Of a stretch of 64,000 nucleotides of DNA, positions 51,235 through 64,000 are shown one piece after another. The stretch comes from Gracilinanus agilis (Eukaryota), in NCBI RefSeq assembly GCF_016433145.1, contig NC_058132.1:178732363-178796362 (forward strand), read 5' to 3'. The translations under genes were made by a program, and so were the position numbers. The notes beneath the pieces were generated by a model. It saw nothing but the letters and a program-made list of their open reading frames with translations, had not been told where the DNA came from and made no database searches. The first letter of the stretch is position 1. Each line of letters begins with the position of its first letter.

Positions 51235-51758
51235 CAGTGATAACAAACCTTTTAGAGATATGGTGGCAGGCCACAGCCCCACCCAACCCACCAGATCTAG
51301 AGCTGTGCCCACCCCCCAGAGATGGCATATTGTGCCTCTCCCCGCTCCCCACCTAGTACAGGGGTCCACCCTGCCACCCCTTTCCCCACACAGGGGAGAG
51401 AAGAAGCTCTCCCTTTGGCCTACTGAGTAGACATGAGAAGTGAGGAATGTGAGGGACATGAAAAGTGAGGAATGTCCTCAGTGAGTGTAGAGAGGATGAG
51501 AGGAGTGGCCTGAGCACTCCACTCCCCTCCAGCTCTGCCTCTGTTAGCCACCCACTTAACCCCTGTGTATTCCCATTGAGCTGCTGGGTGGAGGGATGGG
51601 TGATGTGAAAAAACATCATCAGGCATGATGGAGAAAGGGAGGGGAGCAGCTTTACCTGAGTCCCTCTGCCTTTCTAGTAACAGAATCTGGGGGAGCAAGT
51701 AGTAGCCACATGCCTACAGAGAGCATTCTGTGTGCCCCATAGCTTCATCATCAATGCA
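51235..51758. mobile_element. Non-autonomous hAT element (~520 bp, GC-rich core)
   Basis: Degenerate TIRs cagtgataacaaacct / agcttcatcatcaatg; candidate 8-bp TSD atctaggt / atcaaggc (right copy offset by 2 nt); internal 21-bp direct repeat at 51430-51475. Confidence 0.75.
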
Positions 51759-53434
51759 ATCAAGGCAATCAGACAGATTAAATTCTGAATGAGGTTAATA
51801 TTTAACCAGATAGATTATTTTTAGTCAACTCAGTGAAAACAGAAAAATGAATTATATATGTACACTTAAAAAGAGTCACTACTATATATATATATATCTA
51901 TACATATATAGTATTGTTAATAGAGAACTAAATCCTCTTGAGAAAGGAAATGATTATTCCTTAATGAATGATGGATATATTTTTGGCTTCTCTTTCAAAG
52001 TTAGCCAAAGTAACTGAGCACGTAGACATGTTGAATAAAAGGATGGAATATTAAAATAAATACTAATTTAGTTGTGTTACTTGATTTTCAAAGTGTGTTT
52101 AAAAGTATGCTGATTTTAATCATCTCAATTCACATAGACAAATTGGGCTTCAATCCAAACTCTTCTTTACTGCTGGGTTCTTGTGGAAAGTATTTTTGTC
52201 AGAGAGCAAATCATAAAATTTGACATACCTTCTCTTTCTCCCAAACCTAAACTTCTTTACAGAGAAAGATATGTATGTGTATACATATATTTCTCTCTTT
52301 GGCTTTCCTGGATTACACTTCATTTTTATTAAATTCTGTGTGAATGTAGAAAGAAAGAAAATTCAATTCATTGTGGATCCTTGGATGATTTAACTGTGCC
52401 TGGCAAAGTGAGAAATTCAAAGGAAGATCACAAAACAAAGCTTTAGCTTGATGATTGCTTTTGAACAAAGCTCTGCTTTGTTATATTTATTTTAGTACAT
52501 TGGATTTTCAAAAGAAAATCTTTGATACATTTAACAATTCTTGATCATCATAGTGGGTATTATATTTCCTGCTTCATAGAAATCTTTATTTTCTCTTTCC
52601 CCCCCCAAAAAAGGTTATCCCTACATAAAGGAAAATGAAGAATAAATAGGCTAGCATCTTTAGATAAGTAAACTTCTCCTTAGGTACAAGCTATACTAAA
52701 ATGAGATCCAAAATTCAAAGAAAAAGTTGTCCTGATTTAATTTCACTTCAGGATGTTTATAAGAAAACATATAATCCAATGTTCAAGACAACTAAATAAA
52801 CACATTAGTTGTCTTTTTGGGGGGGAGGTGGGGAGAGGTAGAATTAGAATTAGTCATTTTCTTTGACCTAATTAAAAGATTCATTTTGGTAAATAAGTTC
52901 AAAATTGTATAAGATATTGCTCTATCCAAATTGTATCATACCCTGGCATTTATAAATGAAAATATCTTTATTAAACACTTACTGTGTCCTAGGCATTGTG
53001 CTATGAACTAGGGACATGATACAAAAATAAAAGTCTTTCCTCTCAAAATTTTACATTATAGTAAAAGAATAATATACATATAGAAGAGTGTTGGCCAGAG
53101 AAGGATTTTTTTTTTCTTTAGAGTTGTAGGAATAATGAGAAAAGCCTTAGTACAATTTGTTATGAATTCCTTTCTAGAAATAGTAGTCCTTTTTTTCATT
53201 ATAAGAAGGGGAAAATAGAAAGTGGGGAGCATGGGATGGAGGTGCCTAGATAGCAGCTTGCTAGGTTTGTGTCCAGGAGGAAATGTTATATTAGAAGACC
53301 AGGGCTTCCGAATATAATTGGAATAGACATGTCAAAAGTGGAGACTGAAGCACATGCACATGGTATGAAGATAAACTGATAAAAGAAAGTAGTAAAATAT
53401 GGTTTAGAAGTAGGTAGCCAAGGATGTTTTTCTT

Positions 53435-55900
53435 CTTTTTTTAATTTATTTTTCTCAATTACAAGTAAAAACAACTTTTAACATTCATTTTTAAAATTTT
53501 TGAGTTCCCAAATCCCTGCTCTAATCACACATAACCCATCCTAAAGAAGACAGTCAATTTGATATAAATTATGCATTTACAGTCATTCAAAACATAGTTC
53601 TGTGTTAGCCATATATAAAAGAAAAAAGACAAAAAATTTAAGAAAATAAATAAATATGCTTAAATATGCATTCAGACTTCATCAGTTCTTTCTTTGGAGG
53701 TGGATAGTATTTCTGTCCTTAGTCCTTTTAGGCTCAAATAGCCACAAAATTATGTATACCCTTTGGTCCATCAATGTCACTATTGGGTCTGTATCCTATG
53801 GAGATCAGAGGTAAAGGGAAAGGACCTAATTGTATTAAAATATTTTTAGCAGCAGTTTTTGGAGTGGCAAAGAATTCAAACTGAGGGGTTGTCCATCACT
53901 TAGAAAATAGATTAACAAGTTGTGATATATGATTGTGATGAAATCCTATTGTGCCTTAAGTAATGATGAACAGAATGAGTTCAGAAAAATCTGGGAAGAC
54001 TTATATGAACTGATGGAGAGGAGGTGAGCAGAACCAGGAGAACAGTGTGTACAGTAATAGAAATATTATACAAGGATCAAATGGAAAGGACTAAACCATT
54101 ATCAGCAAAGCAAATCTCCAATATAATCCAACGGACTCATAATGGGAAAGTTCACTACAGCCAAACAAGGAACTTTTTAAAATCTGAGTGCCATTTTCCA
54201 CTCTATATGCTTCATGAGATTTCTATTGTATGTGTGATATGTGTCTTCTCTCATGGGAGTATAACCTATATCAGACCATTCATTGTCTGGGGGTGAAGGA
54301 GAAAAATCTGATTTTTTATAATGTCAAAAATTCTTTCTACATGTAACTGAGAAATTTTTAAAAATAAAATAAAATAAATAAGAAATAAAGAGCTTGAGAA
54401 AAATATAATTCTTTAGGGATTGTCTTGGATCATTGTATTGTTGAGGATAGCTAAGTCATTCAAAGCTAGTCATTATACTATGTTGCTGTTATAGTATAGT
54501 ACATTGTTTTCTTGGTCCATTGAACTTCCTTTCTTCCTTTTCATCAATTTATATAAGTTCTAGTTTGTTTGTTTTTTTCTGAAACCATTCTACCCATTAT
54601 TTCTTATAGCACAATGGTATTCCATCACAATCATATTCCACATCTTTTCAGCCACTCCCAAAATGGTGGGCATCCCTTCTGTTGCCAATGTTAGAAATAT
54701 TTTATACAAAATGGTCCTTTTCCCTTTTACTTTTTTGGGAGATGTAGAACTAGTACTGGTATTGCTAGTTCAAAGGAAAAGTATAGTCTTGTAAGACCTT
54801 GGACATAGTTCCAAATTGCTCTCTGAAATGGTTGAATAAGTCCACCCTTCAACAAACGGTGCTTTACAGTTCCAATTGTTCCACATGTGCTCCAACATTT
54901 GTCATTTTCCTTTTCTATCATATTAGCCAGTCTAATACATGTGAGGTGGTAGAGATTTAGAGCAATTTTTCATGTGACTATTGGTAGCTTTGATTTCTTC
55001 TCCAGAAAACTGTCTTTTTATCATCTTTGAATTCTTGTAAATTTGACACATTTTTAAAAAATTATTTGAAAATTGAGATTTTATCAGAGATACTTGTAAA
55101 TGTTTCCCCAGTTTCCTCTTTTTCTTCTTTTATTAACTCAATTTATTTTGTCAAAAATATTTTTAATTTCACGTAATCAAAATTATCAATTTTATATCCC
55201 ATAATGCTTTGTCTCTTGTTTGTTCATATACTCTTCCCTCATACATAGGTCTATCAGGGAAAATATACTGTGCTCTCCTAATTTGCTTATGATATCACCC
55301 TTTATGTCTAAATCATGTATCTATTTTGATTTTATCTTGGTATACAATGTAAGATGTTTGTCTATGCATAGTTTCTGCCAATCTGCTTTCTAGGTATCCT
55401 AAGCTTTTTATAAAATAGAGATTTCTTAACCCAAAAGCTTGGAACTTTGAATTCATCAAACTCTAGATTTTTATGTTTATTTACTACTCTGTTCTGTACC
55501 TAATCTATTCCATTGGTCCACCACTCTATTTCTTATTTACTACCAGATCGTTTTGATGATAAATACTTTGTAATACAATTTGAGATCTGGTACTGTTAGG
55601 CCAATATCTTTCTTGTTTTGTTTTATTTTTCATTGATTCTTTTAGTATTCTTGACCTTTCATTCTTTAAGATGAATTTCATTATTCTTTTTCTAGCTGTA
55701 TAAAGAAATTTTTGGTAGTTTGATTGGTATACTACTGAAGAAGAAAATTAATTTAGATAGAATTGTCATTTTTATTATACCATCTCAGCCTACCCATGAA
55801 CAATGAACATTTTTTCAATCATTTATATTTGACTTATTTGTATAAAAAGTTTTTGATAGTTGTGCTTGTATAGTTCCTGGGTATGTCTTGGCAAGTAGAC
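53435..55900 (-). mobile_element. 5'-truncated older L1 (3' UTR and 3' part of ORF2), interrupted by a nested + strand L1
   Basis: T-tail at 53435; sequence resumes at ~54410; ORF2 remnants (IEKENDKCWSTCGTIGTVKH…LIQPFQRAIWNY) continue to ~55900. Confidence 0.88.
53733..54395 (+). mobile_element. Nested 5'-truncated L1 3' end
   Basis: ORF2 C-terminus and 3' UTR ending in (aaaat)n; flanked by near-duplicated cttttagg / ctttagg. Confidence 0.85.
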
Positions 55901-55909
55901 TCCCACACA

Positions 55910-56098
55910 ACCCCTACCTTATGTATTAGAATTAATACTAAGTATTGGTTCCACATCAAAACAGTGGTAAAGGCTAGGCAAATGTGATTAAGCGTCTTGC
56001 CCAAGGTTGCACAATCAGGAAATGTCTGTGACCAGATTTGAAGTAAGGATCTTCCATCTCTAGGCATGGCTTTCTATTCACTGTGCCATCTAGCCCCA
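55910..56098 (-). mobile_element. Older SINE1_Mdo-related SINE (long tail)
   Basis: The reverse complement reads ggggctagatggcacagtgaatag…cctagcctttaccactg…ggaaccaatacttagtattaattctaatacataaggtagggg. Confidence 0.85.
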
Positions 56099-57139
56099 CC
56101 CATACTTTTGTTTGTGTTTCCTTCCTTCTTTATTTCTTAGGCCCTCCTTTTTTTGTATTGTACAAGCTATATCATTATTATATTTTCTCTTTTAAAAACT
56201 CTGGATTAGTTACGATGTTTCTCCTTCAGTTTGGTATTGTTTGTGTGTATGTTAGGTTTAGGTATAGAGTGAAAACCCAAGAAGGTGCACCTTTTTGTAT
56301 TCTTTTTTTTTTCTGCATTTTCTTGGCCTAGTTTTCTAGTAGTTTTGAAAGGGCATTTTCCTTTTATTTTTTATATCTTTTCATTTCTCCCCTTTTCCTG
56401 TTTTTCTGTCCTCTAGTTACCCATTCCTTCCATTTCAAAACAGGCATTTTCTGAGGGATAATAGCTACTGCCTAACAGCTCTTGTCTTCCTGACTCCAGT
56501 GTTCAGCAGGAGTAGTCATTATTTTTACCTCCTGCTGAAGACCTGAGTAGAAGCAAAAACCTGCTTTCCCATCCATGGATGGCAAACAGCAGGGGGTGTC
56601 CTCCAGCCTGCTTGCTGAATATGACTGTACATACAACACAATTAGAGTGTTGCCTGAACAAGCATCTTGCTCAGCACCTGAGATGAGTTTCCCTGGCATT
56701 TCAGCTTTAGTGAAGTCCTCAGACTGTATATTTATAAAATGCTTTTATCTTCAGAGCTCAGGGCACTTCACAAGCATTATCCAATTAATCCTTCTAATAT
56801 CATCACCTTTTTCTGCCCTTTTTTTTCCAAATGAAAGTTACCCGCTGGGAGGTTCTTATTTCCCAGATGCCTTTCTCTGGTTTTGAAGAGAAGTAGTCCA
56901 AGGACTCCTATAGCAGTGAAGAGGATTTTGTGTGAACCTTGTCATTATATTCAAACCAGTCTTAGTCTTAGAACTCCAATCTCTCACCTACTGGTCAAGT
57001 TGACATCTCAGGGTGCAGAGAGAGGTAAATGGGCTAAGGCTGAGTAGATGATGTGGTTCATCCCAAGGAATCAAACCTGAACATGGGACAGGGAAGAGAA
57101 GGTCCCTAGGGTCTCGAAAAGGTACTAATAGTCAAGTTA

Positions 57140-57250
57140 ACAAGCATATGCTAAGAACCTACTAGGTGCTAAGCACTTTCTTAAGGGTTGGGGCTACCCT
57201 AAAGGAACTCACAATCAAATGAAGGGGAAAACATGCAAATAATTTTGTAC
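57140..57250 (-). mobile_element. L2 3' terminus
   Basis: caagcatatgctaagaacctactaggtgctaagcactttcttaaggg. Confidence 0.6.
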
Positions 57251-57619
57251 ATATAAAGTATATGAGAAGTAGATACTTGAAATGGAATAATAACAATGAT
57301 GATTATAACAATTATGATGATGATGAGATCATGTTAACTGACATTTATATAGTACCTTAAAGTAAAAAAGTGGCATTCTCATTACCTTTGATTGTCACAA
57401 TAGCACAGGTTTATATTTCTAGTTAAGTCTTCCAAGACTTAACTATGTGACTCAATCTCTAGAGTGGAGTTTACACATGAGAAACCTGAATTTGAAAGAA
57501 ATTAACTGATTCATTCATGGCCACCCACCACTAAGTACTTGATGTAGCAAGACAGTAAAACATATATATTGATCTTTGATTTTTCAACTTAACATTCCTG
57601 AAAGTAATTGTCATATATC

Positions 57620-57900
57620 TGAGGAAATAACATGTAAAAGAACATCTTGACCTGCTCTACTCGATCTCAAACTGAAGAGTTAAGAACAATAAGTGCAATT
57701 TTCAAAATCAGATTTGGAAACAATATAAAGAAAGATTCTCTAACAATTAGGGATATACAAAACTAGAATGAGTAATGGTTTCCTCCTCACTGGAGATTTT
57801 CAAGTATGAAGCATTGCCAGCAATGTTAGTAGAATAGTGTCTTTTGCAGGTATGGATTATACCTGATGGTTTTTAACATCCATTCAGATACAGGATATCA
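57620..57900 (+). mobile_element. L3/CR1 3' fragment
   Basis: aagaaagattctctaacaattaggg…ttcctcctcactggagattttcaag. Confidence 0.7.
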
Positions 57901-59333
57901 TCAAATCAGGTGGAAGATCAGTGTATGAGAAGTGACTCATAACTTAGAAACATCAGACGATATAGATAGCGAAGGATAAACCAAGTGTTTTATACCTAAT
58001 AACAACTTATCTTCTTTTTTCATTTTCTGTGTTGAGGAGAAATTCCACTGTGTCTTTCCTCGTACCTTCACAATGATATGAAAATGACCCTGGGTTCTAA
58101 AATGCTATGCCAGCACAGTATAAACTCTGACAATTACTACCATTTTGAAAAGTCTTCCAGATAGGTCTCAGCATAGCTTTGGTGTATCTTCTGAGGACTA
58201 GCCTCAGTTTCTGGAGGAAGTGATCCCAAGAAGGTCATCCTTCAGAAAGTCAACATTTTGGGACACATAGCTCCATGCCAATCTATTAAGGATAAGAGAG
58301 ATTATTATCTGTATCATTGAAGTGGCTACCCAAAAGAATAAAAACACTAATCCCTGAAAAATTGAAGCATATTGAGGAAAGATCAAGGAAAAAGATGTGT
58401 CTGCATTGTTTGTCTTCAGTATGGGATGGGGGCTGTTGATGTTTTATTTTTTTTATTTCATACCTAAATTAGTCTTTAAGTTAAATGGTTTTCTCACGTT
58501 TTTCCTAAGCAAAATCCCTGCACTTTCAGCCCCTGTCCTCATAATAAACAGGTGGCCCATGACAAGTAGATCACTCTCTGTAATTGAGAATCAAGGAGTC
58601 AGTTGCTACCAGCCCTAATTTCAGGATTCCTCTGCAAATCTAGTCCTAGGGCTAGTAATATGTGTTTTACTTCTCATGATTCCTACGTTTTGGAAAGAAA
58701 CATTAAACTAACAAGCACAAAAAAGTGAGTGCCCTTAGACATGGCGGATCATTCATTGGAACATTTCTCTCCCTTAGGGAAAATGAAAGTCTAGAGAGAG
58801 GAAACTGGCTGACCTTGCCCAATTAAAGCAGGACACGATGCAGGAAGAATGGGCAGCTCTGACAGGATTGTGCTTTAGGGATATATGTTAGTATGCTGCA
58901 GTCTTTGCTATGTCAACAAGTATTACTCTAGTTGCCATTGCATAGGATTCATCTAGGAAAGAAGCAAAAGATTGTAAAAATAATATGAGGAAAACATGGA
59001 TTATTATTTTAATTCTTAAATTAACTAAGAACTTGAATCTTTCCTTAGAATTTCATTACATCTAAGGTTTTTATGGGGCTGCTCACTAAAAACTGACAAG
59101 GGGTGTCAGATGATGGGGAGGCTTTCTGATAGGGAAGCTACTTCCCCTAAAGTAAAGCACCCATGCTGCTGCTGAGATTTTTCTAATGCCTCTGTCTCAA
59201 GTATGACTAAAAGAGTTTCTTCATTCCAGAGACTGAAGGAGACAACTAGTCACTAGAAGGCTTAACTTAAATAGAAGGCACATCCCTTTCATGTGTTATA
59301 TACCTTCACTTTTTTTTTAAAAGAAAATAATCA

Positions 59334-59520
59334 GGGGAAGCTGGGTAGCTCAGTGGAGTAAGAGTCAGGCCTAGAGACAGGAGGTCCTAGGTTCAAACCC
59401 AGCCTCAGCCACTTCCCAGCTGTGTGACCCTGGGCAAGTCACTTGACCCCCATTGCCCACCCTTACCACTCTTCCACCTATGAGACAATACACCGAAGTA
59501 CAAGGGTTTAAAAAAAATAA
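59334..59520 (+). mobile_element. Young SINE1_Mdo-type SINE
   Basis: A and B boxes intact; flanking aataatca repeat; poly-A. Confidence 0.95.
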
Positions 59521-59539
59521 TAATAATCATAGATTTATC

Positions 59540-60180
59540 AATTTAGAAGAGATTATATGATTATATGATTTAGAGCACAATAGAGTCATCTGGTTCAAAA
59601 CCTTTATTTTACAAAGGAGTCACAGAGGCCCAGGAAGTTTAAATGACTTACTCACCTGGTATATAGCAAAACTGGGATTCAAATCCTAGCCCTTTAACCC
59701 AGTCCATAGTTCCTTCCATTACATATTGTTTCCCCAAAAGGTCATCCAGTACAAGTTATGTCTGAAGAGGATATACTTCTGCAATATCCATTACAAGTGA
59801 TAATTAGCATCTACTTCTATGTTATGTACAGAAACAATCTTTTCCTTTTTGTAGAACCTCCTATCATTAAAATCTGTTTCCTTACATCAATCTAAATTCT
59901 TCTTCTTTGTGACTCAATCTACTACTCCCAATTCTGTTCTCTGAGTCAAGGAAAATCATCCTAATCACTTCTACTCATGACAGCCCTTGAAATAAATAAA
60001 AATATCTTTCATTCTCTATCCCTACATCATCTAGTCTCCATAACTAAGAATCACCACTCGCTTCAATGGATCTTTGGTAACGTTTTCCAATTATTTAGCA
60101 TGTTGATCACCTTCATATGGATACATTCCAAAATGTCAGTGTCCTTCCTGAAATGTTCCTCTAGAATCGGATGCCACTGC
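59540..60180 (-). mobile_element. MIR (~59540-59720) plus L3/CR1 fragment (~59740-60180)
   Basis: gtcatctggttcaaaacctttattttacaaagg…; tcacttctactcatgacagcccttgaaat…gatcaccttcatatggatacattcc. Confidence 0.65.
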
Positions 60181-61264
60181 ATGCAGGGCAAACTGTGGAA
60201 ACTATATCTGTATTAATATATGCTAAAATAAGATAAACTTGTTCATTCAATTTCCAAGTGAACTTTCAGTGAACAAAAATACACACAAACACACACATAT
60301 ACACACGTACACACACACTTCAAACATATTTTTCACAGATACTGTTGTCTAGAACATATTGAGCATACCTAAATCAAGACATTGTCTCTTTAAAGGAAAT
60401 TGCACTATTTAAATACTAGATAAATAATTGAAAGACTACTATACTCTATAAATACTATAGAAATTTGACATAAAATAAGTTATATTTGTGGAGTTGAATC
60501 CTCAATGCCATTCTAATTAAATAATTTGAGGAAAAAATCAATAAAATAAAAAGATGGAATACCACAAGATAAAACACTTAAAGGAGTAGAAGATTGTTAA
60601 TATTTGAAAGGTTATGGTTATTGAATCTATAACTTTATTGTACACTTAGTCAATGATTTTTTCCTCTCCATTCTTTAACTCAGTTGGCTATCTTAGGCTG
60701 TAATTCATCTGATTCATTCTGATAATTTGTATATACATTAGATGGACATTTCATTTTATTTCCCACAGAATTTTATGCTTCAATTTTATTATAAACATAA
60801 CTAATATAAATATTTCAATGTATTGAATATATAAAGAGGGTCTAGTTATGAACTATATTTAGATCCATTTAAACTCCTTTTTAATAAATACCCAAATAGC
60901 TAAAAACAAAAAGAACAGAAAAGATAATGTTAAGCAGTAGAAAGAATGCTGTATTTGGAATCAGAAAATGTGGGTTCTGTTCTTGGATCTTCTACTTACT
61001 CTGTCTTATCTAAGACAAGTATTTAATTCTTCAAATCTCATTTTCCATTAACAGTAAAAAGAAGGCATTAAATCAGATGACACAGGAAGTTCTAGATGTG
61101 CCTAAATCAATAATACTATAGCAAGCAGCTTAAAAGAAATAATTTCTCCAAAACAATAGTTTATGGAAAAGAAAGCGAAATATTTAAATACAAATGTAGA
61201 AGTGATTAAAAGACCAAAAGACGAGTCAAAATGATGATTTTAGAATATACCTTAGCAAATGCAA

Positions 61265-61630
61265 CTGATTTAAAAATAAAATGGGGTGAGTCAACAAGAT
61301 AGAATAAAGGCAAGGACTTGCCTGACCTCTCCCAAATTCCCCTATGAATGACACTAAAATAATACCTCAAAATGAAGTCTGTAATGGAAGAACCAAAAAA
61401 ATGATGGGGTAACATAATTTACCATCACAGAATAATTTAGGAGGTCAGAAGTAAATATATGTCTCATTAAAGTGAGAGTCGAGCACAGTCTAGCACTGGC
61501 TGTGCCAGCACAGAACATGTCTTGGCAAAGCCACCTAACACCTTGTGGGTGACTGTATTGGCAGCTTCTGGAGCTCTCAGACCACAGAGGTATTGGAGTC
61601 AGACCACTGGTCAGAAGGAGATTATGTGGA
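61265..61630 (+). mobile_element. Isolated L1 5' UTR fragment
   Basis: Homologous to 21280-21600 (caagat…aaaataatacctcaaaatgaagtctg…ttctggagctctcagaccacagagg…accactggtcagaagg). Confidence 0.7.
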
Positions 61631-61864
61631 ATTGGAAAAAATAAAATATAAAAAAAAGTCTAAAATATACAAAGATCAAAAAACATTTTAAATACTTCAT
61701 AGTTTTTAATGATAGCACCATATAAAATCTATTTCAGTCATCAAAATACCATAATAATAACAGTTATTGCCATTACCATTTTACCAAGTATTCCCTTTTC
61801 CTTCCCCTTTGTCTTCAAAATTTATTGATATGATGCCTTCTTCATTTCTCCCTATTTCCTTCTC

Positions 61865-62490
61865 TCTTTTTTTAATTAATTTTTTTATTTTTAGAAAAAT
61901 TTTCCATAGTTACATGATTCATGTTTTGAATTTCCCCTTCACCCCCTCAAACTCCCCCCCCCATAGCTAACTCACATTTCCCCTGGTTTTAACATGTGCC
62001 ATCAATCAATACTTATTTATACATATTATTGATAGTTGCATTGATGTGGTCCTTTCAGGGCTACATCCCCAATCATGTCCTCATCAACCCAAGTGTTCAA
62101 GCAGTTGTTTTTCTTCTGTGTTTCCACTCCTGTAGTTCTTCCTCTGAATGTGGGTATCGCTCTTTTCCATAAATCTCTCAGAATTGTCTTGGATCATTGC
62201 ATTGCTGCTAGTACAGAAGTCCTTTACATTTGATTTTACCACAGTGTATCAGTCTCTGTGTACAACCAAAAGAGCATTCTATCACCATCATATACCCCAA
62301 TTTGTTCAGCCATCTCCTAGTTAATGGATATGCTTTCAGTTTCAAATTCTTTGCTACCATAAAAAGAGCAGCTATAAATATTTTGTGTAAATAGATTCTT
62401 TCCTCCTTTTTTAAAATGTCTTTGGGATACAAATCTAGTAGTGATACTACTGGATGAAAGTGTAGGCTTTGTTTGATAGTCCTTTGACAT
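61865..62490 (-). mobile_element. Composite of L1 3' ends: younger 3' UTR (61865-62266) abutting an older ORF2 C-terminal piece (62280-62490)
   Basis: tttagaaaaattttccatagttacatgattcatg 3' end; the reverse ORF gives KIFIAALFMVAKNLKLKAYPLTRRWLNKLGY. Confidence 0.85.
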
Positions 62491-62619
62491 AAAAATGTAT
62501 TTTTAAAAAAATAGAACAATCTACTTCAGGAAATCATACACTATAATTAGCTAAAAGTGTTTTTTGAAAGGAAAAAGTATGGACTGAAATAATCTATTGT
62601 CTGTTAAAAGACTAGTCTA

Positions 62620-62827
62620 GGGGGAAGCTGGATTGCTCAGTAGATTGAGAGTCAGGCCTAGAGATGGCAAGTCCTAGGTTCAAATCCAGCCTCCACCACT
62701 TCCCAGCTATGTGACCCTGGGTAAGTCACTTGACCCCCATTGCCCACCCTTACCACTCTTCCACCTAGGAGCCAATAACACAATATACAGTTAAGGGTTT
62801 AAAAAAATGTTTAAAAAAATAAAATAA
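62620..62827 (+). mobile_element. SINE1_Mdo-type SINE
   Basis: 14-bp TSD aaaagactagtcta / aaaagacttgtcta. Confidence 0.95.
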
Positions 62828-63934
62828 AAAAGACTTGTCTATAATTGTCTTAAAAATTACAGTCAAAATAAATAAAAAACAAATAAATAAATAATAACAA
62901 ATATATCAAGAACTGAAAAAAACTTTCTTTTCTATCATATAATTAAAAATGGATAAAACCATCTTGGGTTATCCCTTGTTCATGAGAAATTAATAAAATA
63001 TAGGAATATGATAATCTAATAAAAAAATAATATCAGGCTATATCTCAGGGAGCAAGGAGCAGTAGAAGGGAGAGAAATGTATCACAAAAATGTTAGAAAC
63101 AATTAAATTGCATCAACAAGGAATATGGAAAAATTGAAATTTTAAAAATAATTTAAACAAAAGAGTGGAATTTATATCCAAAAATAGCTTCTCCTCCTCC
63201 CCTCAAAAAAAATTTATTCATCAAGGGAAAAAATAAAGTTTCAAGCAGATGCTAATATCTATGACAAAGAAATGAGAGATCAGCAGGGAATTGGACATAC
63301 AAAGTCACTAAATAAAATTAATTAGACATTTGCTCCATTTGCTAAATTCCCATATACCAGGTATTGTGCTAGGTTACAGAAGCAAAATAATGTCCCTGCC
63401 CAAAAGAGGCTTAGTAGTAAACATAGCACGTACATAAATTTTCACAAAGTAAATATTAAAACCAATACTGTTACAATATAGGGTTCAAAATCATATGTTC
63501 TGAAAGACGTTGCTTCTAATCCTTTAGCAGTCAAATAAGAAAGCATGGGTCACCAAAGCTATTTGCAAAGGTTGGTTTTCAAATAATCTTAATTCAGTTG
63601 TTGAAAAATGTTAAAAGAACAACAATATTACATTTAAAGGATTACAAATTATAAGTAATGTAGCAGGGCATACAACACTTTGTTTATCATGTGAGTATGT
63701 GAACATGTAAATCTGCTGAGGTATAGATAAAGCTCTGTACCTACCAACATGTATATTAAAATTTAAATAAATAGAAGATTGTTTATTCTGTACTTCTAAA
63801 ATATCCTAAAGAAAACAATGTTTTCATTATATTGAACATGCAGACATGTTTTTGCAAAATATTTGGTCATTTTAAATTTAATTTAAATTCTGCTTTCTAT
63901 AAGTATTACTCTGTTATTTTTTTTAATTATCTAC

Positions 63935-64000
63935 TTTCTTCTTAAAGCTAATACTAAGTATTGGTTCAAGGAAAAAGGACAATAAGGGCTAGGCAATTGA
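63935..64000 (-). mobile_element. 3' tail of a SINE1_Mdo-related SINE (runs off the window)
   Basis: ctaatactaagtattggttcaagg…taagggctaggcaattga. Confidence 0.7.

Noticed and set aside
58204-58386. Minus-strand hydrophobic ORF (GLVFLFFWVATSMIQ…) preceded by an acceptor-like caatttttcag
   Set aside because: No recognisable protein family or partner exons; hydrophobic ORFs are common in AT-rich DNA
1-64000. CRISPR arrays, operons, intact transposase/RT ORFs, NUMTs, processed pseudogenes
   Set aside because: None seen; the sequence is a eukaryotic intron and all TE coding remnants are disrupted

Overview
This is AT-rich, CpG-poor marsupial genomic DNA, most likely a didelphid opossum such as Monodelphis, judged from SINE1_Mdo-type and MAR1-type SINEs and marsupial L1 ends. 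The window lies inside the very large neuronal gene contactin-5 (CNTN5, + strand). It contains one recognisable coding exon: 40456-40551, 96 bp, phase 1-1, encoding (Y)[31 protein letters not shown](E) at the start of Ig domain 2. The rest is intron, dominated by transposable elements: about 10 L1 pieces (several retaining 5' UTR/ORF1), four young tRNA-headed SINEs with TSDs, older CORE-SINEs/MIRs, L2 and L3/CR1 relics, one clear and one probable solo LTR, four hAT MITEs, a probable mariner MITE and microsatellites. The other ORFs in the track are spurious or decayed L1 pieces. I found no CRISPR array, rRNA, tRNA gene or intact transposase/RT, and no convincing novel multi-gene system. The best leads are a CTCF-like motif carried by a hAT MITE family, an L1 lacking almost all of ORF2 (HAL1-like), a near-perfect AT-rich palindrome and a locally templated patchwork insertion. 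Repeat family names come from recalled consensus sequences, not a database search. Boundaries of old repeats are approximate (tens of bp).
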